In this document: positions 53,198 to 64,000 of the stretch, one piece after another
How the letters are laid out: each line of letters starts with the position of its first letter
How positions within the stretch are numbered: position 1 is the first letter of the stretch
NCBI RefSeq assembly: GCF_036588685.1
Contig: NC_086378.1
Coordinates: 6,758,001-6,822,000, forward strand
Length of the DNA stretch: 64,000 nucleotides
Reading direction: 5' to 3'
Source of the DNA: Mytilus trossulus
Taxonomy: Eukaryota
Made by a program: the position numbers and the translations under genes
The notes under the pieces: model-generated
Database searches by the model: none
What the model saw: only the letters and a program-made list of their open reading frames with translations
Told to the model about the DNA's origin: nothing

Positions 53198-54789
53198 CTG
53201 TATTCTCGAATCTTTTGTGATTTCTTCTTGTTTTTTAAAACGTTTGATTTTTCTATTCACATAAAAATATTTTTTTTTACAAATGTGATGTGTAATTCAA
53301 CGCTTTAATTTGCAAAAGTAACTGTAACATAATGCGTTACTTTGATAAATGCATGTAATTGTATTGCCAATGTTATTTCAATTGATCGGGCGGAGCCTAT
53401 GTTAATTTACATAAGGACACTATATTTGAAGATGTGTGAGGATGATGGCCGTTATGATTATAATTGGTTTATAATTACATGTCAATGTCCCCAAACGCAT
53501 ATATAAATGAACTGAGTGTATGATATGGACCAATAACAGCTCACTTTATTAATGAATTTATCCCGATACACCTGTCTATAGATGGCCTGGTCTTAAATAA
53601 GCGAATTTGCCAAACCCCGCCCAGTTAAGTGAAATAAATCAAGTAAAAATTGTAATTTAATGTATGGTTTTGTCAAAGTAAGTGTAATATAATTTATTAC
53701 ACTGCAATGTAATTAGCCCTCATGGATGGATGTATGTATAAGATCATCAAGTATCTGTTATAAATATCAAGCTCTCAGCTACAAAAGTTAGGTATATTTA
53801 AAATATAAACTATTAACTATTTCTTTTCATTTCGATATTCCGGGAAAAAAAACATTGAGTGTTAACAAGGATAATCACCGGAGAGATTTTAGTATTTAAT
53901 CAACCACTTGTGCATGTGTCCATCGAGGGCAAACTAATTCAAACTAAAATCCCTTAATCACTTTTATTCCAATTATTCAAATAAAAAATATACACATAAG
54001 GACGTGTTATGAAAATCAATACATGAAAAGCATTAACGAATGTTGTAACAATAGACTGAAAAGAACACACAACCCAGGCAAAATGTATGTTGTGCCTGAT
54101 TTTAATACGATGAAGAGGGATTGTGCCTGATATTCATATGATAAAGACATAATGTATCAATCAGTTTAATTTAGGTCTGGAGCTGGCATGTCAGTTAACT
54201 ACTAGTAGTCTGTTGTTATTTATGTATTATTGTAATTTCATTTAATTTCTTTTGTCACATCTTCTGACATCGGACTCGGACTTCTCTTGGACTGAATTTT
54301 AATTTGCGTATTGTTATGCGTTTACTTTTCTACATTGGCTAGAGGTATATGGGTGTTGAAATATCATAAACAAGTTAAACCCCGCTGCAATTTTGCGCCA
54401 GTCCAGAGTCAGGAGCCTCTGGTCTTTGTTAGTCTTGTATGATTTTTTATTTTAGTTTCTTGTGTATAATTTGGAGTTTAGTATGACGTCCATTATCACT
54501 GTACTAGAATACATATTTTTAAGGGGCCAGCTGAAGGACACCGATATTCAAGACCCATTGGTGGACTTCGGCTGGTGTCTGTCCTATGGTCGAGTTGTTG
54601 TCTTTTTGACACATTCCCCATTTCCTTGCTGAATTTTATAATTTTTCAATCAGTTTAAATGATATTTGATCTTGAAAATATGAGTATTTAACTAATATAA
54701 AAATCTATGTTGACCGAACTCAAAGATTTATAAGCATGCATTTTATCTTCTTTATCTCATCTGTAGTTACTCTTTTACTACTTAAACAG

Positions 54790-54998
54790 GTCATCGTCTT
54801 CATGACGTGGATATCACAGTTGGACGAACCTTGAACGAATTGTCCTTATGTGCACACTATAAAGGTCCAGGAAGAACCGGGCAGCATCTTGTTTTTCAGT
54901 GAAACCAGCAAATGAGAGGTCGTTATGTCAAAGTGACCATCAAAGCCAAGGAATTCCTCCAGTTGTCAGAAGTTATGGTGTTTGCACCTGAAATATGA
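54790..54998 (+). pseudogene. F-type lectin paralogue 2, exon 3, with in-frame TGA at a Cys position
   Basis: Acceptor aaacag|gt. GHRLHDVDITVG...HLVFQ*NQQMRGRYVKV...EVMVFAPEI*. TGA 54900-54902 aligns with TGT (Cys) in paralogue 1. Confidence 0.85.
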
Positions 54999-57900
54999 AA
55001 CTCATTCACATGAATTAAAACTATAAACTATTGATTATTCTTTTATTGATATTTTGGTCATCTTAAAAGACAAGAAATGAAAATTAACTAAACATATCAA
55101 TTATTAACAATACAGTAGCAAACAAAACACATAAAACAAGAAAGAAACAAAAAAACTAAAATAGAAACAAAGACGTTTAACAAAATTCTAATGGTTATTT
55201 GACAGTTACCAAACGACACACACAATCAAAGACATGTGTGGTTCAAAGTACACAAGTCCGCAATAACTAAGTCTATGACCCCTTGTTTTTGAATAAATAG
55301 TTTAAAGGACGCTGTTACTCAAACGGTAAGATAGTTTTCCCTTGTGTTTTCCTTTCCTGAATCTTAAGACGCTTATACAGATAACGGAAGGTGAAGGTGC
55401 CTTTTCATTTTGTGATCAATAGGTCAAAAGATTTTTTTATATGATGTTTGGGGAAACAATTGTTGCTAGATGGTATGCTGAGTTCCTTTGCTTTATCAAA
55501 ATGAACTTAAACTTATACAGATATATTTCATTATAAAATGAGAGAAGCTCCAATACACTGGGATCAATACGTCAAAGATCAAGGTTATTGCTATTTAAAG
55601 TAAACTAAGTATAAACTAATGAAAAATGGTTTCTGGTTGGTTGGTTAGTATATATAAAAAAAAGAAGATGTGGTATGTTTGGCAATGAGACAATTATCCA
55701 CAAGAGACCAAAATAACATAGCATAAACAAAACTATATGTCACCGTACGGACTTCAACAATGAGCAAAGCCCATACCGCATAGTCAGCTATAAAAGCCCC
55801 CAATATAACAATGTAAAACAGTTCAAAGGAGAAAACTAACGGACTTATTTATATAAAAAAAATGGTTAATTTTTCTGATTAGAATGAAGGTTGTATAGGT
55901 GGTAGCTATACGGAAGGGAAGGAGAAGAAGCGTTTTACACCCCAAAAGTCAAAATTATAATTTGTATAAAAACATTCAAAATTCAAATTTGAAAACGAAT
56001 ATTCTTCTACAAATGCACATATCTACAGACAGATTATGAACATTTATAGTACAATTTTACTTGCTTCTTTAATTTCTAAACCCTTAAAAAGTAAAATCAC
56101 AAAACTACTGAACTCCACGGAATACTCAATCGGAAAGTCCCTAATCACATGACAAAATAAATGACAAAAATATCAATCGAATGGACAACAACTGTCATAT
56201 TCCTGACTTGGTACAGACATTTTCAAATGTAGAAAATCGAGTATTGAACCCGTTTTTAAACGCGCTAAACATCTGAAATTCTATTACTTTACAACGATAC
56301 GTGAACAAAAACCAATCTTCAATAAATGTGCAGTTCTGAGTGCACCAATTTTCCGTTTCAGTTGTGTACCTCTACGGCGTCTGTAACATTGACAGCATTT
56401 AAGAGATTCGTATCTCTGAAAGGATTTTCATTCTATTTTTCTCTTTGTATTTTATAACTCCACTGATGGAGATAAAGAAAAGGAATCCCTGACACCTCTA
56501 TCTATAGAAAAAATGCCTTCATGGTTTTCTTAGTTGTTGAATAAGTGTTTTGTCCAATAGGAATGTGGCAAACCTAAAACAACATTTGATTAATAATACA
56601 CAGCTTGTGTATGTGTGATTTATGGTTTGCCTCTGTTTTATTATTGTGTCGTTACTAGTTTACAATAGATATAGGAAGATGTGATGCGAATGCCAATGAG
56701 ACAACTCTCCATACAAATAACAATTTGTAAAAGCAAACCATTATAGGTCAATGTACGGCGTACAACACGGACCCTTGGGTCACATCAAACAAAACACTAT
56801 AAAGGGCCCGTAAATTACTTGTGTAAAAACCTTCAAACAAGAAAACTAACGGTTTAATCTATATTAAAACCGAGAAACGAGAAACACGTATACTATACAT
56901 TAAACAAACAAACGACAACTACTGTACATCAGATTCCTGACTTAGGACAGATGCAAACATATGCATCGGGATTAAACGTTTTAATATAATATCACGACAT
57001 AGAAAAATACACGATAAAATATCAATTGGAAGGCTTAACTCAATAACAAAAAACGTAAATTAACACACTATGAACGAATAAATTTGAGAACCCGACCATA
57101 GAGCAGACAACAGTCGAAGGCCATCAATGGGTCTTCAATGTAGCGAGAAACTCGCACATCCAAAGGCGTCCTTCAGCTGGCCCCTTAAAAAATATGTATA
57201 CTAGTACGGTGGTTATGGACGTCATACTAAACTCCGAATTATACATAAGAAACTAAAAATAAAAATCATACAAGACTAACAAAGGCTAGAGGCTCCTGAA
57301 AGGCGCAAAATTGCAGCGGGGAAAAACATGTTTATGAGATCTCGACACTCCCCCTATACCTATAGCCAATGTAAAAAAGTAAACGCATAACAATACGCAA
57401 ATTCAGTTCAAGAGAAGTTCGAGTCTTATGTCAGAAGATGTAACAAAAGAAAATAAATAAAATGACAATAACACAAAAATAACAACAGACTACTAGGAGT
57501 TAACTGACACGCCAGCTGCAGACCTCAATTAAACTGATTGAAAGATGAATAAATTTGACGGATACTTTTCATACTTGAATGTTGTGTAGTTGGATATAAC
57601 TACTTACATTCAAATTTATAATTGGTGGATAAACTCAGCATACATACCAGGATTGAAATTTCATATTTACGCCAGACGGGGGGTTTGTCTCCAAAGGACT
57701 CATCAGTGACGCTCGAATAAAAATATGTTAAAAGGTCAGATGAAGTACGAAGTTGAGGAGCATTGAGAACCAAAATTCCTTAAAGTTTTGCCAAATACAG
57801 CTATGGTAATCTATAGTTGTTTCACTGGCAATCATACCACATCCCGCTATTATTCTAAAAATACACAATCATAAACGAAAATATAACTGTAATGAAATGC

Positions 57901-58873
57901 ATAAGTTGAACAATCGGAACAATAGCAACGGCTTTGAAAAAATAATATTGCACTTCTTGTCAATTAATGAGTCAGCTACTCACAAAAGTTTATTGGGTCA
58001 GAATGATTTAAATCTGTGTGTTTTTTAGGGAAGTAATCATTATATTACATTCGGATCATCATAAAAAGATTTACTTTTCGAAATGTCACCCATGGATCAA
58101 CCTTGTGCATATCACGAACCATAGAAATAATTAAATATAAAACAACTGTTTTTATTATCGCTTAAAAATTTAAAAAACAACACTGTATTATATGGTTATG
58201 TTGATTAAAAAACTGACATAAAAGAGAAAACAAAAAAAATAAAAAAATAAAAAAATAAAAAAATAAAAAAGACAACAATAAATTAATAAATCAGAAATAA
58301 ATAATTTTAAAATACATAAAAATGCACAAGCAAACCTAAACAAGTACATTTAATACTTTCAAACACGTGTTTGCCTAACGTCCAGTGCAAACATATGTGT
58401 ATGCATACAATGAGATACACAGAGCTGATCACAATTTAAAAAAATGCAGAAATTTTCACATTCTAATTTTAAAACTATGTTTTACCGTTATACACGTATC
58501 ATTTTCCTGGACAAAATCAATCTCAATTTAGTCTCCATAGATAATAAGATACTTAATCATCTCTTGAAAAGAAATGCCAAAAAGGAATGTATTTTTTTTT
58601 TGTAGATCAACGTCAAAAAGACAGCAACCAAACATCACAATGAAATTATCCACAGCTAAAGGTTTTTACTTCAATTTACTTAACATGACGACCATATACG
58701 ACGATCCATCCAATGAGCTCTTCTTAGGGGAATTTAGCAAGCAATAATTTTCATATGTATTTATAAGACCAAACAATAGAAGCTATCAAGAGACATTAGA
58801 TCGATACAGTGCATATAATAATGATATTATAAGTACAACTGTATTGACAAATATGTTATCATACGCTCAAAAG

Positions 58874-61854
58874 CACGGTGGGTATGGTCGTCCTGCGAGA
58901 GAACGTACTGTGCTGGTGATTCGGTCCTGACGGGTGCTGGTGATCAATGAAAAAATGTAAACAAAGACGAAAATGATGATTTTTGACGTTTTCACTCATA
59001 AAAAATGGAAGAAAACAGTTGAGATTTTTCAATTTCGTTCCTTATGGGTTCATATATAAACCATTAAAAAATTGACCCTCTAAATTGTTTCAGTAAGCGT
59101 AACACAAAAATGCTAATTTTCAGATAATCTCGAACTGAAAAAATAAAACAAAAATGCTCATTGAGTCCGCTTTTTATACTGCAATCCACACGACAAAACA
59201 ATTTTGTGAAAAAACATTGCAAGTTATTAAAATTTAGCATTTTCGCAATTTATGCATGTCCTGATACTGTGCTGGTGGGTCCTGTCATTGTGCTGGTGGG
59301 TCCTGATACGGTGCTGGTGATTTTGGATAAGAAGTTGGTCATATTTGAAACAAATGTTACAAAATCAATAAAGTTAGCCAGATAATTGTTGCCAACAGGA
59401 TCTATAACTCCTATGTTAGCTCTTGTGCATCCATTTGGCTGTTTAATATGTGTTTTCAAATGATCTGAACTTGTATTACATAATAACATAAAAGGGCAAC
59501 ATCTTTCGTTCAATATATAGTATCTAAAATAAGTTAAAAATTCCACAATACTGTATAATTCATTTTATGTGTCGATTTGTTCGAAAAAAGTCGAAAAGAA
59601 GAGACTTTTTTTAATGTCATGATTATCTGTTGCTTTCTAGATCTATGCTTAACTTTTATTTCAGGTGACATGGACTCCTCACCCTGATAACCCTACTGCC
59701 TTTCATAACTTTATCCGTATACATATATTAATAGATAAACAAAAGGCTGCAACACGTATTTTTGTATTTAAAATGATTCGTTGTAACGAGAATATTTGTG
59801 GTGAATGGAAACTGTGAGGGTCACAATCTTAAATTACTTATAAATGTTGCTGGACCCAGTTTCGTTATCTGATCTGAATTTTCTAAAATGTGCAAGGTAG
59901 ATAGACATTTTGATTTTTTTTTACTCGGTAATGAACCATTGTGTTGATCCCATGCTAAACATAACAAAAATCTCTGTACAAAGGTTTTTTTCTCACTAAA
60001 TTCTCTTTTTCTACTCAATACAATAATGAACTATAAATAATAATGCTTTGCAAGAAGTTTCCCTTGATATATGTACAAATTCATATCTCTATTATTCATT
60101 GTCTGTGCTGTTTTGATACTATTGCAGTTTGCACATTTCGGAATGAATTTGAATCTTTGAACCCCCACCCCGGCTTGTTTTTTAGGAGCCTGTGGTGTCT
60201 AAAAATGGTCGATTACAGACAGCCGAGTACGCATTTTCCAGGCGTGTTATTCTTGATTGTTAAAGTCCTGAAAACGGATAGATGGAAACAAAAATGTTTG
60301 ATATATCTGGCTTTAGATTCAGTTTTTTTTTAAATATAAATTAAGGCTACATTATAATATAATAATTCTATGAATTCACAATATAAATTAATGCAGAAAA
60401 AAAATGAATGAAGTGAAATATCTTAGTAAGGAGTCATCACTACAGAGATGGTGTATTTGACACACAAAACTTAAAAGCTTAGTGATATTTCCAATATTAA
60501 AATAAAAGTGTATTTTAGTTGGGTATTTTTTCCATTTACTCATTTTCAATTATAAGGCACGTTTTATTTTTATTCATGCAAAATATTTAAATATAGAAAA
60601 GAAGGACACATTGTTCACTTCCTCCCCCGTAATTCTTTATCAAAAATATTTATTTTGAAATGAAAAAGCTAAGAAATCTTAATTTTGTTAGTGTTCTCTA
60701 GGTTATCTCGTCTTCATTCTCTGACATATTCTAGCCTGTCCTCTCATAAAAAACTGATTTTTTTTAGTGTTCTATCGAACTTTCGAAAACAAAAATACCT
60801 GATAACAGTTTAGACAAAACAAATATGTTGGAAAAATCTAACAGCAAGTGATTCTTAACAACTAGAAGATACATTTTTCTTTTACAATACAACTTTTAAA
60901 TCTTACGGGAAACTGTTCCAAGCTTTCACTGTAACCTCGCTCTAACTTATCCCCATCCCTCCCCACCCCCACCCCCACCCCCCACCCAAAAAAAACACCA
61001 AACAAACAAACCCGCAATACTATTGTCATTCTTATAGTCAGCACTCAATTGTTCACTAACAAATGTGTTTTAAGCTGCTAAAGACATGATTCAAACGCTC
61101 AGAAAGTCCTTTGTTCTATATGTTTGCTCTCCATTTTTATTTAAAACCTTTTACATTTTTATTTTATGGGTTATTGTTGAAGGTCGTACGATGGTGTATG
61201 GTTGTTATCACATACTTCCTTTGGTTTCATATGGAAATTTGTCCATTGACAACAAACATACCACATCATCTACTTTATATAAGTATTGTATAAACAATGT
61301 ATTTTGGTGATCTTGCAAAATGATCGTAATTCCGAAAATCGTAAACATATTTTGTTATCTTAAAAAGGGGCAAGAAGGGTTCCATTAACAGGCCAATAAA
61401 TAAGATTACAGTTAATTTAAAAAAAAAAAAAAAAATAGGGGTATTTTTTCTCTCACAATAACAGTAAACAGATTCACAACAATGTCAATTTCAAGAAAGC
61501 AGACAACAGCTAATTAGTCAATAACAGTACAGCATCAATGATCTTGAATATATGCCACTTTTAACTAAAATATAAAAGCACAGAACTAGGACATAGGAGC
61601 ACAGAACCAGGACCGTTTTTCTTATCACCAGCACAGCGTCAGGACAATTCCGTTTAACGAACTTGCACGACTTTTGCAATATAATATTGTTGTAATATAC
61701 TTTGCATGGTACTTATGACACATCAGAGAAAAATTAAGCAACAAAACAGTCGTTTTATTGCCGTTCTGACACAATGTAAACAAACCCACCAGCACCGTCA
61801 GGACCAAATCACCAGCACAGTACGTTCTCTCGCAGGACAACCATACCCACCGTG
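58874..61854. mobile_element. Non-autonomous CAC-ended DNA transposon with 5-bp TSD (Transib/RAG-like signature)
   Basis: AAAAG|CACGGTGGGTATGGTCGTCCTGCGAGAGAACGTACTGTGCTGGTGAT ... ATCACCAGCACAGTACGTTCTCTCGCAGGACAACCATACCCACCGTG|AAAAG. TIR ~68 bp. Subterminal 21-bp repeats TCCTGAnnnnGTGCTGGTG at 59259-59320 and 61625-61645. Confidence 0.85.
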
Positions 61855-64000
61855 AAAAGGGATAGCGTCAATATGTTACACTGTTACTTGGTGTCATATT
61901 ATAAATCAAATGTAATCGCAATAGAACGAATAAAATCTTTAAAAAGTCTACTTACGCCGAAGTATCTTGGGGTTAAATAATTGAATTCATGTGAACTGTC
62001 TTCAAGATTTTAATGAATGCCTTGCAAGGAGCATTCTATTTGACTATATCTGATGTATTTTTTGATGATTTGTTTTTCAAATTCAATTGACGTCATTTTA
62101 TGTAATTTTTTACAGTTTCAAATATGAATTAACTTTGCGTTAAGGTTTAAACTTATTCGGATGTGCCTACTTTTTGTGTTGCAATTGTCTGGTTATGTAA
62201 TGTATTTCAGTTGTTTCCTGTAATTGATTAATACTTCATTTTTATCAGTACATCTTTTGTATAGTCATTTAATTAAATTTAAGGTTTGCAAAAGTATAAA
62301 TCATTCTAAATAATGGGGATGTTCTAACAGAAAACCCTTGCCGTTTTTGGCACAACTTTTTTGATCTTTTGGTCCTCGATGCTCTTCAACATTGTACTTG
62401 TTTCGGCTTACAAACTTTTGAATCTGGGCGTCACTAGTAGGTCTTGTGTGAAAAAAATGTACTTCTGGCGTATTAAAATTTTGAAGTTGTTGCCTTTTGT
62501 TGGCTGTTGTTCGTGTGATTCTTTGTCAATTGTGTTTTCCAATTTATTTATATTGTAGTTCTGTGGTGTTGTGTTGTCATTTTGATGTTATATTTCATAT
62601 GGCCATAAAAGTGCGAGGTTTGGCACAAAACCAGGTTCAACCCACCATTTCTTTCCTTTAAAAATGTCCTGTACCAAGTCAGGAATATGATAGCTCGTTT
62701 GAGTGTGTAACATTTTAACGTTGCGTCGTTTGTTTTCTCTTATTTTTTAGTGTAAATTCACATTGCGATATGACATGTCACGGTACTTGTCTATCCCAAA
62801 TACATGTATTAAATTGTTATTTGGATGGAGAGTTGTCTCATTGGCACTCACACCACATCTTCCTATATCTATTTGGTTTTGATGTTATATTTGTTATTCT
62901 CGTTGGATTTTGTCTGATGCTCGGTCCGTTTCTGTGTGTGTTACATTTTGTTGTTCTCTTTTATTTAATGCGTTTTTCTCGGTTTTAGTTTGTTACCCCG
63001 ATTTTGTTTATCGTCCAAGGATTTATGAGTTTTTAACAGCGGTATACTACTGTTGCCTTTATGTATGATAGCTCAATTCGTACTCAAACTTCCAGGTAAT
63101 CTTGCAAATAAAATATATCATTACAGTGCAACATGACAGTTGTTGTCCATTTGTTTGTTGTGTTTGAGCTTTTGATTTTGACAGTGGATTAAGAAATTTC
63201 CGTTTTGAATTTTCATTGAAGTTCAGAATTTTTGTGATTTTACTATATACCACCACGTTCAATAAAAATTGTATTAACTTCTTGCTTTTTTTTTCTTCGC
63301 TGCTCCAACGGTTAGCTCTACGTAGCACCAGCCTAGGGTAGTATGAATATTCATCAGTTTTATAAAGCAACGCGAGATACGAGATCACGTCATTGGCGCG
63401 ATAACTATCTCAGCAAGTAGTAAACAAAACAAAAAAATGTTCAGAAGCTCCTAAGATGACGGGCATATATCACTGGAACAAAGACGATATGAAAATTAGA
63501 TAATAAGCGATTTGAATACTGAATTAGCTTAGATATTGTACAGGGACAGCAATTATTATTGGCATTCAAAAGACGATTTAAAAAGGGGGGAGTTTCACAC
63601 AACGAAATAAGACTATGCATTCGAGGGCTACTCTTTTGTTAATATGAAAATATACAGAAGAGCTATATTACACAAGCGACAGTAACTATACGAAAAGGGG
63701 GGGGTGGGGATGTCGCTCCAGTCCTGGTCAATCGTCCACATCCATTTGAAAAAAAAACTGTTCCCCTTATGCAGAAGATTTATTGGTCTGATGTCTGATC
63801 TGTAGTCCAGTCCCTATGCTACAGTCATGTCTGGATGATTCCCTTTATAGACCTCCAAAGTTTCCTCACTAGAGGGGAGGGGGGGCAAACCAACCTGTTC
63901 CTGTAACTGATTAGACCAATAAATATGATGTCTAGAAAGGCTTTTTTGTCATAATTATCTAGACTACTACCACTTATGATCCCACCATAAACATATGACC

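Noticed and set aside
51900-53725. Possible hAT-like element with many TGTAAT/ATTAC motifs and CATGGGG...CCCTCATG ends
   Set aside because: TIR and TSD boundaries could not be fixed unambiguously.
60955-60987. C-run tract (potential G-quadruplex on the minus strand)
   Set aside because: Simple low-complexity sequence with no supporting context.

Overview
AT-rich, intron-containing eukaryotic DNA. The repeat families and gene types point to a bivalve mollusc, probably Mytilus (inference). Host genes: (i) a large class-B/Methuselah-like 7TM receptor with a duplicated Cys-rich ectodomain (4.1-9.2 kb); (ii) two tandem three-exon paralogues encoding signal peptide + coiled coil + F-type (fucose-binding) lectin domain (14.8-39.2 kb and 45.3-55.0 kb), each with a single disabling lesion. 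The most striking structure lies in intron 1 of the first lectin gene. It is an ~8.8-kb near-perfect palindrome (16332-25108) made of two head-to-head copies of an intron-containing Ginger-type (retroviral-integrase-like DD35E) DNA transposon, bracketed by a 147-bp direct repeat. The window also holds an intact-ORF Penelope-like retroelement with a minimal hammerhead ribozyme and many retrozyme-type hammerhead repeats (two with intact cores). There are two long-TIR elements with 6-bp TSDs flanking a lectin exon, a CAC-ended 5-bp-TSD (Transib/RAG-like) element, a TTAA MITE and many short interspersed repeats. All calls come from reading the sequence; no searches were run.
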